This document shows, one piece after another, positions 17,263-25,058 of a stretch of DNA of 32,000 nt. Under the pieces are notes generated by a model. The model saw only the letters and a list, made by a program, of their open reading frames with translations. It searched no databases and was not told the DNA's origin. The translations under genes were made by a program, and so were the position numbers. The stretch's first letter is position 1, and each line of letters begins with the position of its first letter. The DNA is from Nitrososphaerota archaeon (GTDB taxonomy: Archaea; Thermoproteota; Nitrososphaeria; Nitrososphaerales; Nitrosopumilaceae): assembly GCA_022573895.1 (NCBI GenBank), contig JACZTB010000009.1, positions 11,136 to 43,135 of the forward strand, given 5' to 3'.

Positions 17263-17406
17263 ATGACAATAGGATATTGTGTAAAGTGCCGAGATAAACG
17301 TGAAATTCAAAGCGCTGGACCATACACCATGAAAAATGGTAAACATGCAATTAAGGGCACTTGCCCAACATGCAATACAGCCATTTTCAGAATTGGCAAA
17401 GGATAA
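17263..17406 (+). CDS. 47-aa zinc-ribbon microprotein (DUF5679-like; not in the ORF track)
   Basis: My translation: MTIGYCVKCRDKREIQSAGPYTMKNGKHAIKGTCPTCNTAIFRIGKG. It has CxxC...CxxC with the TMKNG.xA.KGxCxxC...RIG pattern that I recall for the DUF5679 family. Confidence 0.65.
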   Translation: MTIGYCVKCRDKREIQSAGPYTMKNGKHAIKGTCPTCNTAIFRIGKG

Positions 17407-17424
17407 AATTCTCAGTAGAGGAGT

Positions 17425-17676
17425 TTAGTACTGCCATTCATCAGTAAGGCCATTCCATAGCGAACGCATTGGGGATGGATCTTTTTCTATTTCTTGTGTA
17501 ATTCTGTTTTTTAAAACAAAAAAGAAGTTCTCCAAAGCATCAACTCCGCCATCAGCATACAGTTCATGACCAATATCGGTAATTCTTTTATGTTTTTCAG
17601 GTACTTGTGCAGAATCTACGTTTTGCAGACAAAATGTCATCAAATCTATCAATTCTTCCTCTAACATGAAATCCAT
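17425..17676 (-). CDS. Hypothetical 83-aa acidic protein
   Basis: ORF with plausible composition, convergent with the zinc-ribbon ORF. No motif recognised. Confidence 0.5.
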   Translation of the reverse strand: MDFMLEEELIDLMTFCLQNVDSAQVPEKHKRITDIGHELYADGGVDALENFFFVLKNRITQEIEKDPSPMRSLWNGLTDEWQY

Positions 17677-18001
17677 GTAAAAATATAGAATTTAATAGTT
17701 AAAAACAATTATTTTGTTAATGAGTTAACTTGCATTTTATAGCAATATAAAATATCCAAAACTCTTTTTTAAAATTAGAAAATAAAAAATCAGCTTAATT
17801 TTTTCAGCCACCTTTACATTGATAAAAAATTCAAGAATTAAAGTTATTTCCAATAATATCTTTAGAATAAGAATACAATCAGATATTAATCAAAACATCA
17901 AAAATTTGGAGGATGAGATTTTATGAATACGGGATACGTTTTAGAATTTTCCAGAGTAGATAATGATCAAGTAATTAAAAGATAAATTCAACATAGTTCT
18001 T

Positions 18002-18024
18002 TAAACAAATGTTTAATTTGTTTA
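18002..18024. promoter_or_regulatory. Perfect 9-bp inverted repeat (taaacaaat gttta atttgttta) about 40 nt upstream of the 18063 start codon
   Basis: Read directly from the sequence: arms 18002-18010 and 18016-18024 with a 5-nt spacer. It is a candidate operator near the promoter. It is AT-rich, so chance occurrence is plausible. Confidence 0.25.
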
Positions 18025-18062
18025 TAGTTAGTCTTATCTAAAATGTATCTATTGTAGTTTAA

Positions 18063-18485
18063 ATGAATAAATCTGCTAGTGAATCTAAAGATATCTTTGA
18101 AGTATCTAACAAAAATATTGCGCGATTTTTTAACGAGATTGAAAAATATTCTCCTAAATATCATCAATCAGTCGCAAAACTTCAGCAAGATTACATTGAT
18201 GCATGGAAAACTGTGATTAAATCAGCTATTTCTTTGGAACAAGAATATGCGATAAATGCAGGTTACAAGATACAAGTTCCTGATTCTGTTCTAAGAACTA
18301 TTCGTGATATTACGGATTTCGCTATTCAAGCATATGCCCAACAAAATAAAATTAATGTAGATACATCAGAGGCGACGAAGCAGGCGTTTAAAACATTTAA
18401 TCAAAATACAAAATCGTTTGCAACTTTGAATAAAGAGATTATGGGGTATATCATGTCTGTATTTGAACAGAAGTTAAACACATAA
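18063..18485 (+). CDS. Hypothetical 140-aa helical protein (phasin-like composition)
   Basis: ORF followed by T-rich sequence. All-helical, Q/K/A-rich sequence with no catalytic motif. The phasin-like comment is only an impression. Confidence 0.55.
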   Translation: MNKSASESKDIFEVSNKNIARFFNEIEKYSPKYHQSVAKLQQDYIDAWKTVIKSAISLEQEYAINAGYKIQVPDSVLRTIRDITDFAIQAYAQQNKINVDTSEATKQAFKTFNQNTKSFATLNKEIMGYIMSVFEQKLNT

Positions 18486-18535
18486 TTTCGTTTTTTTATT
18501 TTTGACTTAATAGTAACTTGTCTTTTGAGTATAAT

Positions 18536-18664
18536 ATGGGTAATATGGCAGATGGGCAAACATATACTTGCTCAGAATGTGGTCTCGAACTAAAAGTCAC
18601 AAAGCCTTGTGATGAAGAAGATTGTGACCTTATTTGTTGTTCCAAACAGATGAATCAATCATAA
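18536..18664 (+). CDS. 42-aa desulforedoxin-like Cys-rich microprotein (not in the ORF track)
   Basis: My translation: MGNMADGQTYTCSECGLELKVTKPCDEEDCDLICCSKQMNQS. The pattern Y-x-C-x-x-C-G-x-x-[LV]-K-V ... L-[IV]-C-C-x-x-x-M matches the Fe(Cys)4 desulforedoxin fold as I remember it from D. gigas Dx. Two extra Cys sit in the loop. Confidence 0.55.
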   Translation: MGNMADGQTYTCSECGLELKVTKPCDEEDCDLICCSKQMNQS

Positions 18665-18779
18665 CTAAATGTGTATGTTGCTAATCGTCTGTTAAGGATT
18701 CTATCTATACATAACCAAAATTTTTTTATTTAAAATTCTAGTTGAATTCGTTTACTGTAATCAAAAATAAAAAAAGAGG

Positions 18780-19154
18780 TCACTTTAGGCGACTGTAGAG
18801 TTCTTTGAATTCAATTGAAATAGTACATGACAAATTAAGCATATGAGTAAGTTGATTCATATGTGTCTTGTCATGTGCCAGCTGTCTTAACAGTGTCAAA
18901 GCTTTTTGTGGAGATTTTACTGAAAGATTGCTTTTACCAGTCCATGTCTTAAAGGCCTCTTCAACATCCAAGCAGAAATTCAAAACAAATTCTTTCCAGT
19001 GTGGCATGGATTGTAATGCCTTTTCAGTAAGAAGTACTAACGACAATTCACGAAATTCACTTACCCTATCTACATACAGCATATCAAGGGCTTGTTTGAT
19101 TTTTTCTGCTTTGTATTCTTCTGTATTTAACATATACATTCCAGCAATACTCAT
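18780..19154 (-). CDS. Hypothetical 124-aa protein
   Basis: ORF with helical, protein-like composition. The overlapping plus-strand ORF 18868-19161 looks like a shadow. No motif recognised. Confidence 0.5.
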   Translation of the reverse strand: MSIAGMYMLNTEEYKAEKIKQALDMLYVDRVSEFRELSLVLLTEKALQSMPHWKEFVLNFCLDVEEAFKTWTGKSNLSVKSPQKALTLLRQLAHDKTHMNQLTHMLNLSCTISIEFKELYSRLK

Positions 19155-19270
19155 GAAGTAATATCATCATAATCAAAGATAAATCAAGTAGATGATTCTC
19201 TGAAAATTTGTTACAATTTTTTAATCAAAATTAACATATGTAAAGAATTTAAAAAAAAAGAGATTAGATC

Positions 19271-20542
19271 TTATTGGAATGGATCAATAAATGGACAATT
19301 AACAATGTGGTCACTATCCATTGGACGAGCAATACCAATGTTGATCAAGCCAGCTTCCCTGTATGCGTTCATATCATCTAATGTTTCTAGCAATTGTGCT
19401 TCATCAGGATTATCCCAACCTATCATGAAAATTCTCCACATAGGAGAATAGTTTGCGTCACCAGGAGCTGATGCAGCTATTCCTGGTTGGAATCCTAATG
19501 GACCAGTGCCTTTCAGACCATTTTTGAACTGAAACAAGTCTACTGCTGCTGAATTTGCAATTAAGCTTGCAGATGATGTCACACTCACAACACCCATCAT
19601 TCCGGCAGGACCACTTGGAGTAGCATCTGTTACAATGTAATAGATTGTTCTACCATCTGGACCCCATCCACGATGAGCAATGAAAGTTACAGTCATCTCT
19701 TCTGTATCTATATCAAGAACTTGGCCACCACCATATGGTGTGTCGTCAGTCAAAGTTTTGTCTTCTTTAACTATCATCTGACCATCAGGCCAAATAATTT
19801 GTGGCATGTTCAAAACTACATCAAGCTCAGTTAATGTAATTTCTCCGTTGTCAGCTGCTTGCAAAATCATCGAATCTGAATTAAGTATTCTTGATGTTGT
19901 ACTTTCATTCCATGTAACATGTACATGAGAAGCCAATGCGCTGTACATATCTACTTGTGTAGGAGTACTTGTAAAGACTTCACCTTGGAAACCATGTACA
20001 CCTGCGCCTTCAATGCCGTTGGTGAACATGTATGTTTTAGAAAGTGCTGCATCAGGAGCATTAATCAATAATGGTGCAAGTTCTACTTGCCATCCTTGAT
20101 TTTCTGTAATTATTTCTGCATGCTTGGGATCACTAGAGTCAGTGATGATAAAATAAACATCTCCGCCATCATAGTATCCTTGATGCAGTGGAATTACTGC
20201 TGGAACGTTTGCTCTTGATAATCTAAGTACAGAACCCAGATCTGCCTCAGTTACTTTTTCCATCATGGTTTCTTCCATCATGGTTTCTTCCATCATGGTT
20301 TCTTCTTCAGTAACTGGCGCTACAAGGGTTGGCATTTTTTGCTGTTCCATCCATGCGGCTTTACCGCCTGGAATTTCAGAACATAACTGTAATCCACAGA
20401 TATTTGTACTAGAACCATACTTTGAGGTTCCAACGCCTTTGCCTTTGATAGCATCAGCATCTGTGAAATAATCAGTTGTCAACCCTGTAGTAAATAAGGG
20501 AATAATTGCAAGAAGTGCAATGTATCTTAGACTCTTATTCAT
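19271..20542 (-). CDS. Secreted protein with an internally duplicated domain and an EETMM x3 linker
   Basis: Signal peptide YIALLAIIPLFTTGL. The two halves align by eye (VYFIITDSSDP...YMFTNGIEGAGVHGFQGEVFTSTP versus IYYIVTDATPS...FQFKNGLKGTGPLGFQPGIAASAP). GC content is higher than in neighbouring genes. Confidence 0.8.
   Translation of the reverse strand: MNKSLRYIALLAIIPLFTTGLTTDYFTDADAIKGKGVGTSKYGSSTNICGLQLCSEIPGGKAAWMEQQKMPTLVAPVTEEETMMEETMMEETMMEKVTEADLGSVLRLSRANVPAVIPLHQGYYDGGDVYFIITDSSDPKHAEIITENQGWQVELAPLLINAPDAALSKTYMFTNGIEGAGVHGFQGEVFTSTPTQVDMYSALASHVHVTWNESTTSRILNSDSMILQAADNGEITLTELDVVLNMPQIIWPDGQMIVKEDKTLTDDTPYGGGQVLDIDTEEMTVTFIAHRGWGPDGRTIYYIVTDATPSGPAGMMGVVSVTSSASLIANSAAVDLFQFKNGLKGTGPLGFQPGIAASAPGDANYSPMWRIFMIGWDNPDEAQLLETLDDMNAYREAGLINIGIARPMDSDHIVNCPFIDPFQ
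20261..20305. repeat. Perfect 15-bp tandem repeat x3 (catcatggtttcttc), encoding (EETMM)3 on the minus strand
   Basis: Three identical consecutive 15-mers read directly in the sequence. They are in frame within the 19271-20542 CDS. Confidence 0.95.
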
Positions 20543-20593
20543 TAAAAGAAAAATAGTATTTTTCTTTAAAAGAATTTGTCCAAATTAGATATT

Positions 20594-21217
20594 TTATCCA
20601 GGAAGTTCTGTGAATCTATTTTCTACATAATCCCAATTGACAACATTCCACCATGCTTTAATATAATCAGGTCTGTTGTTTTGATACTTTAGATAGTATG
20701 CATGCTCCCAAACATCTAATCCTAATAATGGTATTTTTTGAATGGTCCATGGACTATCCTGATTTGGAGTTGTAATGATTTCAATTTTATTATAAGTCTG
20801 ATTGAAGACCAACCAACACCAACCACTTCCTTGAATAGTAGTTGCTTTTTCGGAAAAAATTTTCTTGAAATTCTCAAAGTTGTTAAAATAAACATCAATC
20901 GAGTCTTCTAGTTTTCCTCCAGGGGTTCCATCACTGTTTGGAATCATCGTTTCCCAAAACAATCTATGATTCTCAAAACCTCCACCAAAAAAGTTAATTG
21001 CACTTCGCCCTGATTCAGGAATTGATTTTAGATTAGAGAGAATAGATGAAATATACTCAGGGTGAGATGCGCTACCAACTTGTTCAAGTGATTTGTTAAG
21101 CCCATCAACATATACTTGATGATGTTTCTGATGATGAATTTTCATTGTTTCTGCATCTAAAAAAGGCTCTAGTTCATCATATTCATAAGACAGTTTTGGA
21201 AGTTGATATTTGACCAT
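20594..21217 (-). CDS. sod: Fe/Mn-family superoxide dismutase
   Basis: HHQKHHQVYV, FNNFENFK..., GSGWCWLV and DVWEHAYYLKYQNNRPDYI are canonical Fe/Mn SOD motifs, including the metal ligands. 207 aa. Confidence 0.97.
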   Translation of the reverse strand: MVKYQLPKLSYEYDELEPFLDAETMKIHHQKHHQVYVDGLNKSLEQVGSASHPEYISSILSNLKSIPESGRSAINFFGGGFENHRLFWETMIPNSDGTPGGKLEDSIDVYFNNFENFKKIFSEKATTIQGSGWCWLVFNQTYNKIEIITTPNQDSPWTIQKIPLLGLDVWEHAYYLKYQNNRPDYIKAWWNVVNWDYVENRFTELPG

Positions 21218-21337
21218 AAATTAAATTATTTGAATCCACATATATTCTTCAAGCACAAAAGGCGAATCAAGTATTTATTGAAAAAACGTTTTTGGTTATT
21301 ATGATGGTACGAAAAATCTTGGAGGATAATGTAAAAC

Positions 21338-21952
21338 ATGAGAAAACTAGGAACAGTTGATTTAGAAATTTTACATTTGGCAATTAAAGAGAATGGAACA
21401 TTTAATGAAAACAATTTAGAGAATTCAGAGTTAAAGAGATTAGGAGTTGGAAGAATTCTTGATGTTCTTGCCTCACTAAAAGACAGAAAACTGGTATCAT
21501 TGAATAGTGATGGTTCTTTTTCCATTACAGATCTTGCTCGAGAAATTCTTTGGAGTAACAACATTCCAACATGGGCAAAAATCTTGCGTCTTCTTCAGAT
21601 AAAGTCTTGCAGTATGGAACAGATTACAGACATTATTAGGACATCTAAAGATAAACTGAAAGAAGATTTAGAAAAATTAAGGAAGAATCAATTTGTTCTA
21701 ATGTCACCACAGAGACAAGAGGGCAGACTTGTCAAAGTTTATGAGATATTGCCGGAAGGAGTAGAAGAAATTGACAAGACAGAGACGGAGGGCTTTGATA
21801 ACACCAATTTTGGTGAACCCAAGCCAGAAAAAGAGATTTTAGGTCTAATTGATGAGATTATAGAGATGATTCAAGGATCTCAAATAGATCAAACAGAAAA
21901 AAATAGCATTACTGGAAAACTATCTAAACTAAAAGATAGATTAGAGATTTAG
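21338..21952 (+). CDS. Hypothetical protein with two winged-helix-like segments and an acidic C-terminal half
   Basis: LEILHLAIKENGTF...LGVGRILDVLASLKDRKLVSL and ILRLLQIKSCSMEQITDII...LEKLRKNQFVLMSP resemble wHTH units. This frame is preferred over the overlapping minus-strand ORF 21226-21564, which has shadow-like S/F/L-rich composition. Confidence 0.6.
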   Translation: MRKLGTVDLEILHLAIKENGTFNENNLENSELKRLGVGRILDVLASLKDRKLVSLNSDGSFSITDLAREILWSNNIPTWAKILRLLQIKSCSMEQITDIIRTSKDKLKEDLEKLRKNQFVLMSPQRQEGRLVKVYEILPEGVEEIDKTETEGFDNTNFGEPKPEKEILGLIDEIIEMIQGSQIDQTEKNSITGKLSKLKDRLEI

Positions 21953-23677
21953 TTATTTTAAGCTAATCTTGTCTTGTATTTGAGCTAAGATGAGTTTTGC
22001 TTTATCCTTGTTTTCATAGTTGTCAACTGAATCATCCATTATCGCATCAATCTCAAAACTCTTATCTACCAAAATATCTGCAACATGATCATCTAGTGTT
22101 CCGTTTCCAATCAAATAGTATGCAAAAACAGTATTTTTTTGACCGATTCTGTGGAGTCTATCTTCTGCTTGTCTATGAATTGCAGGACTCCAATCAAGTT
22201 CTGCAAAGATGACATATTTTGCTCTAGTTAAGTTAATTCCAACATTTCCTGCACGAAGACCTGCAATCATTAGTTTTGATTCTCCATTTTGGAATTTGTC
22301 AATCTGGTCCTGTCTAAATGAATCTGTTTGTCCGCCAATTATAGAAACAGGAGAAAACTCCTTGAGACTTTTATGAAGTAGTGTATGAATAATCCTGTGG
22401 TGACAAAACACTACAACACTTTCTTCAATCTCCATAATGTTTTTGACAAAATTAATTACATGTGGAAGCTTTGCAACACCTGCAATCTGTCTCTCACTTT
22501 GAATTGCTCGTTGATATGAAGCAGACTTTGAGAATTCTGTTTCTGCATTTTTTTGTTCTTCCTCAAGCTTCTTCCAAATTTTGTCTAGTTCTTTAAGATA
22601 ATAATCAGTATCACATGCAATGATTTCTTTATAACGAACCTTGGCTTTGAGTTCTTTGAGAACATCAGATTTTTTCCTTCTTAACATTACATGTTTTTGT
22701 AATTCATGTCGTAGCGAATCTCGCTTGTTTTCTAAAACAATAGCTTTTCCTTTTTCATTGACATAACAAAAGTACTCACAAAATTCCTTAAAGCTGCCAA
22801 GAAGTCCAGGCTTTATGATATCAATAATTGGCCAGATTTCAGAACCTCGGTTGTATATTGGAGTACCTGAAAGACCAATTCTATACAATACTGAAGGAAG
22901 TGCTGCAAGTTTTTTAATTGCCTTGTATTTCTGTGTGGTTTTAGATCTTAGGTTTTGTACCTCATCACAAACAATAGTCCTTATTCCAAGTTTTGCCAAG
23001 TCATCATTTCGTTTTAAAAGTAATTCATAGTTGATTACATAAAGATCAGTCTTTGGAAGTTCTTGAGATTTTCCAGATCGGATAAGTGTAACACTAGGAG
23101 ATTCAAATTCTAATATTCGTCCGTTTCTACTCTTTTTCTTTAGAAACTTTTCAATCTCTCGTTTCCAGTTATGTAATGTAACTAATGGTGCAACAACAAG
23201 TACAGGGAATGTTTGCTTTTCAGTAGCAACATAAGATAATGTCTCCACAGTTTTTCCAAGTCCCATTTCATCAGCTAGTAACGCATTTCCAGAAGATTTT
23301 AGCAAAAAATCTAGCCCTTCTTTTTGGAAATTCAAGAGCTTCCCTCTGAATTGTTCTCCAGCTTTTGCACGTTTTAGCTTGTGTTTAATTGGAGGCAAAG
23401 TTGGTTTTGGCGCATATGTCTTTACAATTTTTCTTTGCCATACATATTTTGATAAAATTTCAAGTGGATATCTATCCATAATCAGTTTAATTTGTTTTAT
23501 GTTTTCAGTGTTATCTGGAATGATTACTTCGTTCACATTTTCTCCATACCAAGATTCAGGAACTAGTTTTGAGATCATGCTTACTGCACGAGTGCCAGAA
23601 ATTTTCCAGCTCCAGATTTTGGAATATTTGTCAAGAACGTATTCCAATGTGCCAATTATTTCTAGTGATGTTTCCAT
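21953..23677 (-). CDS. SNF2/SWI2-family ATP-dependent helicase or DNA translocase
   Basis: Motif I LLADEMGLGKT, motif II DEVQNLR, motif III LSGTPIYN and motif VI QAEDRLHRIGQ. A roughly 110-aa N-terminal extension has no recognised domain. Confidence 0.93.
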   Translation of the reverse strand: METSLEIIGTLEYVLDKYSKIWSWKISGTRAVSMISKLVPESWYGENVNEVIIPDNTENIKQIKLIMDRYPLEILSKYVWQRKIVKTYAPKPTLPPIKHKLKRAKAGEQFRGKLLNFQKEGLDFLLKSSGNALLADEMGLGKTVETLSYVATEKQTFPVLVVAPLVTLHNWKREIEKFLKKKSRNGRILEFESPSVTLIRSGKSQELPKTDLYVINYELLLKRNDDLAKLGIRTIVCDEVQNLRSKTTQKYKAIKKLAALPSVLYRIGLSGTPIYNRGSEIWPIIDIIKPGLLGSFKEFCEYFCYVNEKGKAIVLENKRDSLRHELQKHVMLRRKKSDVLKELKAKVRYKEIIACDTDYYLKELDKIWKKLEEEQKNAETEFSKSASYQRAIQSERQIAGVAKLPHVINFVKNIMEIEESVVVFCHHRIIHTLLHKSLKEFSPVSIIGGQTDSFRQDQIDKFQNGESKLMIAGLRAGNVGINLTRAKYVIFAELDWSPAIHRQAEDRLHRIGQKNTVFAYYLIGNGTLDDHVADILVDKSFEIDAIMDDSVDNYENKDKAKLILAQIQDKISLK

Positions 23678-23879
23678 AATTTGTCGATAGGTAATTTTTT
23701 TGCCTTATGAATCTTTCATGTCTATTAACTTAATTAAAAAACAAATCTAAAGGCTACAAGAGTTAAAATAGGATATAGTTCTAAATTTATGAAAAAACTT
23801 TGTTAGATCTCTAGGCTCAGCATAATTTAGATTACAATACAAAATAACAAATAATGAATCATTACACGTAACTTTAGAT

Positions 23880-24308
23880 ATGGCTGAAGAAGGTTTTATG
23901 TGGATTTATCTGATATTTTTCATGATTCCACTAGTAAGAATTATTCCTCGCCTAGTGAGAAAATGGAAAAAAAGAAACAGTACATTTACTGAAAATCAGT
24001 ATAGTCTAGATAACCCAAGAATAGAGCAAAGACAAGAATCATTTGGAAAGCAAGAATCATTTGAAAAGCAAGAATCATTTGAAAGACCACAAAACAAAGA
24101 GATGCAAGTTCTAGGGGAGTTAAACAGAGGAGTCAGGGATTTCAATAAAATTCAAAAAAACCTAGGCATGGATAGTCAAAAATTAGAAAAGATTTTGAAA
24201 GATTTAGAAGAACAAAAATTGATCAAAGTAGTAAAGAATAAAGGATTTTCTGGAATTAAAGTAGAACTTTATGCAACTGAAGAAGGCTTCAAAAGATACT
24301 ATACATAA
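23880..24308 (+). CDS. Membrane-anchored winged-helix protein with a QESF(G/E)K x3 repeat linker
   Basis: N-terminal TM helix WIYLIFFMIPLVRIIP followed by RLVRKWKKR. A repeat linker comes next. The C-terminal wHTH-like part is MQVLGELNRGVRDFNKIQKNLGMDSQKLEKILKDLEEQKLIKVV. Confidence 0.6.
   Translation: MAEEGFMWIYLIFFMIPLVRIIPRLVRKWKKRNSTFTENQYSLDNPRIEQRQESFGKQESFEKQESFERPQNKEMQVLGELNRGVRDFNKIQKNLGMDSQKLEKILKDLEEQKLIKVVKNKGFSGIKVELYATEEGFKRYYT
24033..24086. repeat. 18-bp tandem repeat x3 (caagaatcatttgRaaaR) encoding QESFGK-QESFEK-QESFER
   Basis: Three consecutive 18-mers that differ at one or two positions. They are in frame in the 23880-24308 CDS. Confidence 0.9.
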
Positions 24309-24375
24309 AAAGAATTCCGTTTAGATTTTTTTAATCACAGTATATGTTTAAAATTCATTACATTTCAGAAAAATT

Positions 24376-25056
24376 GTGGAATTTGTACAGGATAAAGAAC
24401 CAAACGTAGAAAAACCAATTGTAATTGCGGCAATGCAAGACATGGGAAATGTTGGAAGTATTGTAGTAAATTTTATCAACAGTTCTTTAAAAACAAAAAC
24501 ATTCAGAATTGCAAAGATACCAGATCCAACATATGTCATTGATATGGGTGGATACATTGATCTTCCAAATGAGAGTTGGGAGTACAAGTATACAGATGAC
24601 TTGATAATATTTGGTGGAGGAAAAGGACAACCTCAAAGTAATAGTGATATAAACTCTTTGTGTCAGGATGTAATTGATGTCGCAAAAAAATACTCTGCAA
24701 AGTTCATCTATACGTTTGGAGGTTTTCGCACTAACAGAGTTTTAGACAACAATCCCAAGACATACATTACTACAACATCTATCGAGCTGACAAAACAGAT
24801 GGAGAGGCTTAATGTTGATACAACCCCTCAAAAATCAATAATTACAGGATTCAACGGACTGATTCTAGGATTTGCAAAGAAAAATGGAATTCACGGAATA
24901 GGTATGTATGGTGAACTAAATAAGCCAGATATTCCACAGTACAGAGCAGCAATTAGCATCATCAAAACTCTTGAAAAATTAACATACAGAAAGTTGGGAG
25001 ATACAAGTGAGTTAGAATTTATGGCACAGGATATTGAAAGAAAATTCAAGTATTAA
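24376..25056 (+). CDS. PAC2-family protein (proteasome assembly chaperone-like)
   Basis: The pattern KPIVIAAMQDMGNVGSIVVNFI ... LIIFGGGKGQPQ ... IYTFGG ... GIGMYGELNKPDIPQYRAAISIIKTLEKL parallels archaeal PAC2/PbaA-like proteins as I recall them. The GTG start preserves the conserved N-terminal strand. Confidence 0.65.
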   Translation: MEFVQDKEPNVEKPIVIAAMQDMGNVGSIVVNFINSSLKTKTFRIAKIPDPTYVIDMGGYIDLPNESWEYKYTDDLIIFGGGKGQPQSNSDINSLCQDVIDVAKKYSAKFIYTFGGFRTNRVLDNNPKTYITTTSIELTKQMERLNVDTTPQKSIITGFNGLILGFAKKNGIHGIGMYGELNKPDIPQYRAAISIIKTLEKLTYRKLGDTSELEFMAQDIERKFKY

Positions 25057-25058
25057 GA

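Larger units (their letters stand above)
24..18002. other. Placeholder removed
   Basis: Ignore this entry. The correct coordinates are in the next entry. Confidence 0.

Noticed and set aside
21226-21564. 112-aa minus-strand ORF overlapping the start of the 21338-21952 gene.
   Set aside because: The plus-strand frame is longer and has wHTH-like segments and normal composition. The minus-strand frame is S/F/L-rich and would leave the SOD upstream region without promoter space.
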